IMG/VR virus record: IMGVR_UViG_3300045988_167643
Strand: one strand, 5' to 3'
Origin: a virus
Length of the DNA: 64,000 bases
Below are positions 40,519 to 47,234 of this stretch, piece after piece. The translations under genes and the position numbers were made by a program. The notes beneath the pieces were generated by a model. That model was not told where the DNA came from and searched no databases. It was given only the letters and a program-made list of their open reading frames with translations. The number at the start of each line of letters is the position of its first letter. Positions within the stretch are counted from its first letter, which is position 1.

Positions 40519-41202
40519 ATGAATAAAGAATATATAGAAAATTTATTTAAAGAATACAATAATAATTATTTTAAAATACCAGAAATACAGCAATATATCG
40601 AAATACAAGATAATTATGTAGCTGGTAAATTTAATAGTGTAGATTTATACAATCAAATATATACATTAGAAATAAGTAATAATTTAAATGAGTCTGATGG
40701 AAGCAAAGCAATATTATTCCATGAATTTACTCATGTATATGATTCGTTACAATTTCTAAAATATCCATTTGAAGATTACAAAAAATTAATGTATGTATAT
40801 TCGGAAGTACATGCTTCTGAAGTAGAAATGGATGTGTATTTAAAAATATCAAACTTTCATTATGAAAAATATATGCAATTACAATTAAGAGACCTAATAG
40901 AAAGCTTTATTTTGCCAGATGGTCCTATTGTCAAAGGACAGCTAGGATTTAATGAAAGACTTCTATATTATTACATTGGTTATCTTGTATCATTAAATAA
41001 TCATAATATTAAGTATGAATATAAATATGATTATATTAATGAAGATTTTCAAAATCTGTTTATGGAAATTACAGATTACTTTATTCAAAACAATACATAT
41101 AATTATGATATCTTATTAACTTACTATGATAGATTGAGTAAACTTGTAAAAGATACATTAATAAAACATCAAAAAAAATACAAATCAAGTTCGTTGCCCT
41201 AA
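40519..41202 (+). CDS. HExxH metallopeptidase-like protein, copy 1
   Basis: Contains [12 protein letters not shown] (HExxH) and [11 protein letters not shown]. It is roughly half-identical by eye to 42580..43266. It ends 17 nt into the +1-frame Zn-ribbon cassette. Confidence 0.65.
   Translation: MNKEYIENLFKEYNNNYFKIPEIQQYIEIQDNYVAGKFNSVDLYNQIYTLEISNNLNESDGSKAILFHEFTHVYDSLQFLKYPFEDYKKLMYVYSEVHASEVEMDVYLKISNFHYEKYMQLQLRDLIESFILPDGPIVKGQLGFNERLLYYYIGYLVSLNNHNIKYEYKYDYINEDFQNLFMEITDYFIQNNTYNYDILLTYYDRLSKLVKDTLIKHQKKYKSSSLP
41171..41178 (+). repeat. A8 homopolymer at HExxH/Zn-ribbon junction
   Basis: The sequence reads CATC-AAAAAAAA-TAC. Loss of one A fuses the HExxH ORF to the Zn-ribbon (…[16 protein letters not shown]…). 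Confidence 0.9.
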
Positions 41203-41326
41203 ATGCGGTTCCACACAAATCACCACAGGTCAACGTGGATACTCATTATTCTCTGGTTTCCTTGGCTCAAATAAGACAGTCAACAGATGTGCGAATTGCG
41301 GATATTCTTGGAAACCTGGAAAATAA
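41186..41326 (+). other. Zn-ribbon cassette copy 2, +1 frame relative to upstream ORF, no own start codon
   Basis: It encodes [46 protein letters not shown]. Against copy 1, 22 codons differ synonymously and 5 non-synonymously. Its frame opens at 41165 with no ATG, GTG or TTG. Confidence 0.8.
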
Positions 41327-41338
41327 GGAGAGTATAAT

Positions 41339-41890
41339 ATGAGTATTATACTGGCTGCTATTTCAAAAAATAATGATATTGCTGTATGCTCCGATGGAAG
41401 AGCAACTGATAGTAATGGAAAAGTTGTAGGAGAGTATGAGCAAAAAATATATAAAATTAATAAGAAATGTATAATTGGTGGGACTGGAACTGCTGCTAAA
41501 TATCTAAAATTAAAAGATTATGTTAAAGATAATTTTTCATCAGACCAATACAATGTGAATCAAATCCACGACTCATGCATTAAGTATTTAGAAAAAAATA
41601 AATCTGACGAATCAGATGTACATATTCTTATTACTGGGTATGATGAAGAATGTAATCCACACTTGTATGTAATATCTGTATCCAGTACTATTTCATCTCG
41701 CGATTACAATGATATAAAAAGAACTATATTAGGCGATGTATTTTGCAATTATATACTTAATGAAACCGAAGATGACATCAATAAAATTTTAGATTCCATG
41801 GAAGAATGCATTATTAATAGAGCAATGTTTCATTTTTTAATTAACAAAAATGTTAGTAAATTGCATCTTTTGGCAAAGGATGTTCGATGA
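41339..41890 (+). CDS. HslV/CodW-like Ntn-hydrolase homologue, copy 2
   Basis: RBS AAGGAGAG. The N-terminus MSIILAAISKNNDIAVCSDGRATDSNGKVVGEYEQKIYKINKKCIIGGTGTA follows the HslV pattern. It is a paralogue of 30570..31112. Confidence 0.55.
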   Translation: MSIILAAISKNNDIAVCSDGRATDSNGKVVGEYEQKIYKINKKCIIGGTGTAAKYLKLKDYVKDNFSSDQYNVNQIHDSCIKYLEKNKSDESDVHILITGYDEECNPHLYVISVSSTISSRDYNDIKRTILGDVFCNYILNETEDDINKILDSMEECIINRAMFHFLINKNVSKLHLLAKDVR

Positions 41891-42053
41891 GTCTTTTTTC
41901 AGGAACAAAAAATGATTCAATAGTTTCTTTTACTACAATTGGTTTAAGTGGAATATATTTATTACAAGTGACTGATTCTTGTCCATCGTTATCAGATACT
42001 GATATTTTGTGCGAATCAATAAATATGTCACAATCAAAAATTTTAGCATGCAT
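41853..42053 (-). CDS. small protein, family B, convergent and overlapping with Ntn-hydrolase gene
   Basis: The start was refined to MHAKIFDCDIFIDSHK (RBS AGAAGGT). It overlaps 41339..41890 by 38 nt. Its 5' 53 nt are about 92% identical to 44883..44935. Confidence 0.6.
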   Translation of the reverse strand: MHAKIFDCDIFIDSHKISVSDNDGQESVTCNKYIPLKPIVVKETIESFFVPEKRLIEHPLPKDAIY

Positions 42054-42103
42054 TGTCATACCTTCTTTCTATATATTGTAGAATAAGTGGAACAAGTAAA
42101 TAA

Positions 42104-42316
42104 CTATAATCTATTCATACGTTCATCGTATTCATTAAATATTTCTTTGATGTCTTTTTCGAATGCACAAAGTTTTTCGTATTTGGAATAATTGAAAATT
42201 TTATAGTATGCCTTTTTTACCTGTAAAATGAAATTTTTCTTTTTCATATTTAAAGAAAGTAATAATGCGTCTATTTTTAAGAGTATTAATGAATGCTGTT
42301 TTATTTGTTTTTTCAT
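42104..42316 (-). CDS. small protein, family C paralogue
   Basis: The start was refined to MKKQIKQ (RBS AAAGGA). It carries the family C motif KKAYYKIFNYSKY...EKDIKEIF...DER. Confidence 0.6.
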   Translation of the reverse strand: MKKQIKQHSLILLKIDALLLSLNMKKKNFILQVKKAYYKIFNYSKYEKLCAFEKDIKEIFNEYDERMNRL

Positions 42317-42343
42317 AGAACATCCTTTCATAAGAAAAGTAAT

Positions 42344-42550
42344 TTACACCCATTTCATTCTGTCGTCAATAGCATCCAGGACATCTTGCATATCTTTTTC
42401 TATCTGCAGGAGGTCCTGGTACTTTTGATTATCAAAAATGCGATAATACTTTTTTTGAATTGCAAATTTTATATCTAATTTTAGATTTTTTAATTTTATG
42501 AACAGTATATCACGTTTTAATCTAATAATTAGCATTTTGTTTTTTATCAT
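42344..42550 (-). CDS. small protein, family C paralogue, divergent partner of HExxH gene
   Basis: RBS GAAAGGAATTATTATG. Only 29 nt separate it from the divergent 42580 start. Confidence 0.65.
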   Translation of the reverse strand: MIKNKMLIIRLKRDILFIKLKNLKLDIKFAIQKKYYRIFDNQKYQDLLQIEKDMQDVLDAIDDRMKWV

Positions 42551-42579
42551 AATAATTCCTTTCTATTGCAGGAGATAAA

Positions 42580-43266
42580 ATGGACAAAGAGTATCTTGAT
42601 AAAATATTTAAGGAATATAATGAGTTATATTATGAAATTCCAGAAATACAAGAATATATTGAAGTTGACAAAGGAGATTGTGCAGCCGCACAATTCAATA
42701 CATTGGAATTGTATAATCAAAAATATATACTAAAAGTCAACAAGCAATTAGATAAATCAAAAATATACAAAGGAATTTTCTTTCACGAGTTCACACATGT
42801 ATATGATTCTACTCAGTTATTAAATTATCCGCTTGAAAATTTTATTAAATTAATGTACATATATTCTGAAGTTCACGCTTCAGAAGTTGAAATGGATATA
42901 CATTTAAAAATAGAAAATTTCTCATATAAAAAATATGTAGATAAAGGAATAGTAAATTTAACTGAGAGTTTTATATTACCAAATAATCCTATTTTAAAAG
43001 GTGAGGTATATTGTGACGAAAGACTTTTATATTATTGTATTGGATATTTGACATCACTTAAAAAGCATAATATCGAATATGTTTATAGTTATAAGTATGT
43101 ACCAGATGTGTTTCGTTCATTATTTATAGAGATAACGGAATATTTTTTGTCAACAACAAAATATAATTATAATGTATTGCTTAATTATCAAATTAAATTA
43201 CATGATTTAGTCAAGACTACAATAAAGGAACATATAGAAAAATATAATAAACCTAATACAAATTAA
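42580..43266 (+). CDS. HExxH metallopeptidase-like protein, copy 2
   Basis: RBS GCAGGAGATAAAATG. Contains [12 protein letters not shown] and [11 protein letters not shown]. Confidence 0.65.
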   Translation: MDKEYLDKIFKEYNELYYEIPEIQEYIEVDKGDCAAAQFNTLELYNQKYILKVNKQLDKSKIYKGIFFHEFTHVYDSTQLLNYPLENFIKLMYIYSEVHASEVEMDIHLKIENFSYKKYVDKGIVNLTESFILPNNPILKGEVYCDERLLYYCIGYLTSLKKHNIEYVYSYKYVPDVFRSLFIEITEYFLSTTKYNYNVLLNYQIKLHDLVKTTIKEHIEKYNKPNTN

Positions 43267-43279
43267 TACAAAAACCAAT

Positions 43280-43420
43280 ACTGTTCACTGTCCTCGCTGC
43301 GGTAGCACACAGATCACTACAGGGCAGAGAGGTTATTCCTTTTTAACTGGTTTCTTAGGTTCCAATAAAGCTGTTAATAGATGCGCAAAATGTGGACATA
43401 CTTTGGAACCGAGAGGGTAA
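43280..43420 (+). other. Zn-ribbon cassette copy 3, +1 frame relative to upstream ORF, no own start codon
   Basis: It encodes [46 protein letters not shown]. Its frame is open from 43238 without a start codon. The junction contains the tandem AATACAAA-tt-AATACAAA. Confidence 0.75.
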
Positions 43421-43421
43421 T

Positions 43422-43691
43422 TTATTTAATACCATGTTCTTCCAAAAACTCATCAGCTATTTGACTAGAAACTTGTTTTATAATTTGAGTAAGATTACCA
43501 TGAACGTCAATTTCCGGCATCTTACCAGTTGTTTCGAATTTAATAATGTCATCAATTGACATATTCTTAAAATGATTTCGCACTAATGTAAATGTGGTTT
43601 CAATATCACCTTCATCAGTACAATTATTTTCGTATAACAATTTAATAATTTTTGTTGCAATATTTTCTGTCTCAGAAATTGACCACAACAT
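43422..43691 (-). CDS. hypothetical 89-aa acidic protein, divergent partner of 43723..44154
   Basis: RBS AGAAAGGTCGTG. Its start lies 31 nt from the divergent gene's start. Confidence 0.6.
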   Translation of the reverse strand: MLWSISETENIATKIIKLLYENNCTDEGDIETTFTLVRNHFKNMSIDDIIKFETTGKMPEIDVHGNLTQIIKQVSSQIADEFLEEHGIK

Positions 43692-43722
43692 ATTTTCACG
43701 ACCTTTCTATGGAGGATTGAAT

Positions 43723-44154
43723 ATGATATTAAACTATGATTGTTTTAGAGATGTACTCTTATATATTGAAGAACAAGATAATATGAAGCTTAATGGAGAT
43801 TTCAAGCGGATTATGTTAAAAGATATAAAGGATCACTTTTCAGGCAAATACACTGAAGAGGATGTACAATATTGTGTGAAAAACTTATTTGACGGAAGAT
43901 TCTTAGAAGGATTGTATTCTATAGATGATAACTATAAATATGAAAACTGTAAAATTTATGATGTTACATTCGAAGGACATAAATTAGCAGAATCAATTAG
44001 ACCTGACTCTATATGGAGGAAGAGTAAAGCTAAATTAAAATCTGTAGGTATTTCTTCTATAAATATGATCTCAGCAGTATGTGTAGAAGTTGCTAAAGTA
44101 GCTGTTACTGATCCTAAATTTATTACCGATATTGCCAATGGAATATTTAAATAA
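43723..44154 (+). CDS. DUF2513-like (winged-helix-like) protein
   Basis: RBS GGAGGATTGAATATG. The N-terminus MILNYDCFRDVLLYIEEQ...F resembles the remembered DUF2513 family. The track start at 43594 lies inside the divergent gene. Confidence 0.5.
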   Translation: MILNYDCFRDVLLYIEEQDNMKLNGDFKRIMLKDIKDHFSGKYTEEDVQYCVKNLFDGRFLEGLYSIDDNYKYENCKIYDVTFEGHKLAESIRPDSIWRKSKAKLKSVGISSINMISAVCVEVAKVAVTDPKFITDIANGIFK

Positions 44155-44293
44155 AGTTCACTGTCCTCGCTGTGGCTCAACGCAAATTACCACAGGTCAA
44201 ACCTTGCAAAGAGCATTGTTTAGCTTAATGTATAATCAGATTACTGTCAATCGATGCGCAAATTGTGGGTGCACTTGGAGACAAGGAATATAA
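44138..44293 (+). CDS. Zn-ribbon cassette copy 4 as possible 51-aa stand-alone ORF (+1 frame, overlaps upstream stop)
   Basis: An ATG at 44138 lies in the cassette frame but has no SD. It encodes [51 protein letters not shown]. The central loop has diverged. Confidence 0.45.
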   Translation: MEYLNKVHCPRCGSTQITTGQTLQRALFSLMYNQITVNRCANCGCTWRQGI

Positions 44294-44307
44294 GGAGATT
44301 ATATAAT

Positions 44308-44466
44308 ATGGAAGAAAACATATTTGATAAGTTTAAAAATGTGGTTCGTAAGCCGAAACCAGAACCAACTAAGCCAAAGGCAACTAAAATTTCTGATATT
44401 AATTTAGAAAAGAATAAACGAGAAATTTTTACTCTCCATGACGAAAAAGATAAAAACAAGAAGTAA
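44308..44466 (+). CDS. 52-aa Lys/Pro-rich peptide
   Basis: RBS TAAGGAGATTATATAATATG. The sequence is highly basic and low-complexity. Confidence 0.5.
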   Translation: MEENIFDKFKNVVRKPKPEPTKPKATKISDINLEKNKREIFTLHDEKDKNKK

Positions 44467-44607
44467 TACATTTTTTTAAAAAATCTATTGTTTTTATATA
44501 TGGCGTAAAGAAAAGTTCAATAGCATGGGGAAATGGATCTGGAACTTCTCTAAACAATTCTATATCTTTTATTTTTAAATCTTCTGTGTCATTAGGAGGT
44601 GTATTTA

Positions 44608-44808
44608 GTGAACTCAAATTTCGATTCAAAAGAATCATTCCTTTCTTATAAGTTAAATATTTTTAAAGAATTGTATAATGATGAATGTGAAAGAAGAAAC
44701 ATTGCTTCACAAAAAATTTCAAGAATTATTCCATTAATTGTGGCAATGTTTGGTGGTGACACCAATATTTTTCAAAAGCTTTTTCTGGCAACAGATAATC
44801 CTCTATGA
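44608..44808 (+). CDS. 66-aa ORF, possibly a truncated N-terminal fragment
   Basis: A GTG lies 8 nt after AGGAGG. It ends inside the convergent gene 44726..44935, in the position the Ntn-hydrolase gene occupies in the paralogous module. Confidence 0.35.
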   Translation: MNSNFDSKESFLSYKLNIFKELYNDECERRNIASQKISRIIPLIVAMFGGDTNIFQKLFLATDNPL

Positions 44809-44935
44809 CTTCCTTGACAAAGAAAGTAGGCAAGGGAGTATTAAAAGATTTTTCACTAGATCCACCACGAGAATCGTTTATTGATATTTTGTGTGAATCA
44901 ATAAATATGTCGCAATCAAAAATTTTTACATGCAT
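44726..44935 (-). CDS. small protein, family B paralogue
   Basis: The start was refined to MHVKIFDCDIFIDSHK (RBS GAAGGTGAAG). Confidence 0.6.
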   Translation of the reverse strand: MHVKIFDCDIFIDSHKISINDSRGGSSEKSFNTPLPTFFVKEVIEDYLLPEKAFEKYWCHHQTLPQLME

Positions 44936-44983
44936 AAAAATCTTCACCTTCTTTTTTTATTTAATTAATAGACCAAGAGAGTA

Positions 44984-45331
44984 TTAGTGCTCTTGGTCTG
45001 ATTCTTCATGCTTGGTCCATGCTAATGTATAAGTTTTTAACCAAAAGTAATCTTTACCGAAATCACCATCAGACCGATATATATCAAATTCATTTATATT
45101 ATAAATACCTAATGTCTCATACATGGCATCACGGTATGTCTTATAAGATCCAAGAACCTTATTATCATCTTTTCTTATTACTAGATAACAATCTCCGTAT
45201 TTTTCAAATAATTCTTTCTCGTGGTCTGTAAAATAGCAGTGGGCTTTACCATCTCGATCTGTTGACATATTAGTATAATTAAAGAAATCTTTATCTTCAA
45301 ATATAACAGTTCCTCTTTGTATTAATTTCAT
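44984..45331 (-). CDS. small protein, family A paralogue
   Basis: RBS AAAGGAGT. FEKYGDCYLVIRKDDNKVLGSYKTYRDAMYETL aligns with the family A members. Confidence 0.65.
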   Translation of the reverse strand: MKLIQRGTVIFEDKDFFNYTNMSTDRDGKAHCYFTDHEKELFEKYGDCYLVIRKDDNKVLGSYKTYRDAMYETLGIYNINEFDIYRSDGDFGKDYFWLKTYTLAWTKHEESDQEH

Positions 45332-45375
45332 TTAATAATACTCCTTTTTAATCATAATAATAGACCAGGAGAGTG

Positions 45376-45846
45376 TTAATTCTCCTGGTCTAAATTATCA
45401 TATTCATTTAAGAAATTTGCTGTTCCAAAAGATGGGATTCTAAATGAAAAACTTGTTTTTCCATTTAAATTTGATACTGCAAAATCACCTTTTGAAATAA
45501 TATCCATACCAATAATAATATCAAAAACATCATGTTTTTCAATTTTTAATACTCGCAAGTTATTAAAAACAAAATCGTCTCTAAACATTAAATCAATTGA
45601 ATAAATATTTGTTAATTTTGACTCACGATGACCTCCAGTATAGAAATTTGATTTTCCAGTTGAAGTAAGATTATATTTTTCCACTATATTGCTTGTTATA
45701 CATGAGACAGAAGCACCTGTGTCCCAAATACAAATAAAGCGATTTTTATCAATTAAATCATCTTTCTCTTTTCCTACATAAACATAGGAAGTAAGTTGAT
45801 TCATTATCTTATTTGAACTATATGTAAGAACTCGTATTTTATCCAT
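45376..45846 (-). CDS. retropepsin-like aspartic protease, copy 2
   Basis: Contains IWDTGASVSCIT, IIGMDIISKGDFAVSN and FSFRIPS. Its start lies 4 nt after the upstream family A gene's stop. Confidence 0.75.
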   Translation of the reverse strand: MDKIRVLTYSSNKIMNQLTSYVYVGKEKDDLIDKNRFICIWDTGASVSCITSNIVEKYNLTSTGKSNFYTGGHRESKLTNIYSIDLMFRDDFVFNNLRVLKIEKHDVFDIIIGMDIISKGDFAVSNLNGKTSFSFRIPSFGTANFLNEYDNLDQEN

Positions 45847-45849
45847 ATC

Positions 45850-46140
45850 TTATTCACTTATAGAAATCCATTTATATTCTGGTATGCGAACATATTTTCT
45901 ATTAAAAACACCATCACAATGATATATATTAAATTCACCTACATCATAATAGAAAAGTGTTTCTCTTAATGCTTCTCTATATGTTTTATATGATCCAATG
46001 ATAATATTATCTAATTTTCTAATAGACAGATAACATTCTCCATATTTTTTATATAATTCTTCATGATGATAATAAAACCAATCTGTAGGATGATTTGGAA
46101 TTTCTACAATTTCCCCTTCATAATAATGTATTTTTCCCAT
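45850..46140 (-). CDS. small protein, family A paralogue
   Basis: The start was refined to MGKIHYYEG after AAGAGGTG. Contains YKKYGECYLSIRKLDNIIIGSYKTYREALRETL. Confidence 0.65.
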   Translation of the reverse strand: MGKIHYYEGEIVEIPNHPTDWFYYHHEELYKKYGECYLSIRKLDNIIIGSYKTYREALRETLFYYDVGEFNIYHCDGVFNRKYVRIPEYKWISISE

Positions 46141-46187
46141 ATTAAATTTCACCTCTTATCATATCATATAATGGATTAATTTCAATC

Positions 46188-46224
46188 TATATAAATAAAA
46201 GCACCACGTTTGCAAGCCGTGGTG
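46188..46224 (-). terminator. rho-independent terminator ending the ORF-poor RNA region
   Basis: On the minus strand, CACCACG-gcttgcaaa-CGTGGTG is followed by CTTTTATTTAT. Confidence 0.7.
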
Positions 46225-46681
46225 AGTGTGTGCAGTTAGTGCATTTCAGGTAGTAGGAGAGTAGTAACCTCACGGTTCTATCCATACTATTCGATCCATC
46301 ATGCTACCCAGGCTTTCCCTGGTTGGACTGTATATTGTACTATATGTTGTAACGCCACACATAATACGCCTTGTCAGCCTCTCGCACGTTAACTGTAAAA
46401 CTACACTTTTACATGAAAACACATATGTTCTGGATTTACAAAAATGGACAATTATACTACAATCGAAGTCAGATAAACTTGTGATCACAGTTCTACATTG
46501 TGATTCGTTGCACGACAGTATATCTGACAATCGTCATGTAGTATTGAATTAATGGTACGCAATTTGTACCAGAAATGAGATTATCTAAAATGAAGCATTC
46601 TAAATATTATATTCATTTCTATGGGATTCTCCCAACATCAAATCTCTTTCTTGATACTTTCGTACAGGAAGGAGGTGAGAT

Positions 46682-46855
46682 ATGGAAGATGTATTTCTAT
46701 TCGTTTTAACTCTTGTAGGATTATTAATCCTATGGTCGTTAATCCGCAGAATACCATCTAAGAACATGAAAAACTTTCACATCCATTTTGGATTTTTGAA
46801 AGGATTTGACATGTCTGGAGAATTCTATAAGGATGACACCAAAAATAATAAATAG
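46682..46855 (+). CDS. 57-aa hydrophobic-N-terminus peptide (type-I-toxin-like)
   Basis: Strong RBS GGAAGGAGGTGAGATATG. It encodes MEDVFLFVLTLVGLLILWSLIRRIPSK..., a TM helix followed by a charged tail. Its own terminator lies downstream. It is below the ORF-track cutoff. Confidence 0.55.
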   Translation: MEDVFLFVLTLVGLLILWSLIRRIPSKNMKNFHIHFGFLKGFDMSGEFYKDDTKNNK

Positions 46856-46892
46856 TTTAGTTCATATTTTTGTAATCTCCTTTTGTCATTTA

Positions 46893-46945
46893 AGAGAGTG
46901 GAGAGTTGTTAGCGCAACTTTCTGCTCTCTATTTCTTTCTTTCTT
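46893..46945 (+). terminator. rho-independent terminator of the small peptide gene
   Basis: AGAGAG-tg-GAGAGTTG-ttagcg-CAACTTTC-tg-CTCTCT is followed by ATTTCTTTCTTTCTT. Confidence 0.7.
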
Positions 46946-47219
46946 CCTGTTATAATTGCGTTTTATTCGTGAATTTATCATCCACTTTTGTAAATTTAAA
47001 CATATGTGTTTGCTAACGTGTCGGAACTACCATCTTCAATATATCCCTTTCATTCATTTTCAGAACTAAGGTACCACAGTGATGTGGATTACGGCTTCCT
47101 CCGATATTCGGCTTTATAGCTCTAAGGCTAAAGGTCTGTCAATAGGTGTCGAATCACCATCTTGAACAAGTTCTATACTAACTGTCGCGATTATGACAGC
47201 AGCATATCAAATGGGCATC

Positions 47220-47234
47220 TTAACTACGATAAAA
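47220..47234. repeat. 15-nt inverted-repeat arm (TTAACTACGATAAAA) at island right end
   Basis: It is the reverse complement of 39664..39678. It supplies the codons FYRS* that terminate the proximal TMP segment. Confidence 0.9.

Noticed and set aside
46158-46185. TTGAAA-16-TATGAT promoter for the family A/protease operon (minus strand)
   Set aside because: The -10 abuts the SD, so a transcript starting there would lack most of the RBS. It is not convincing enough to annotate.
46283-46300. tRNA-like TTCGATCC motif
   Set aside because: No flanking GG/CC T-arm stem, acceptor stem or anticodon arm could be drawn, so it is a chance match.
46270-46552. Track ORFs 46270..46530 (-) and 46301..46552 (+) as protein genes
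   Set aside because: They are mutually overlapping antisense ORFs in a GC-rich, hairpin-dense stretch. They have Cys/Ser/Arg-rich improbable composition and no SD. The region is better explained as structured RNA.
39664-47234. Invertible-segment (DNA inversion switch) model for the 15-bp inverted repeats flanking the island
   Set aside because: Inverting the DNA between the arms leaves the TAA inside the right arm in frame with the proximal TMP segment. It does not join the two TMP parts, and no invertase is present.
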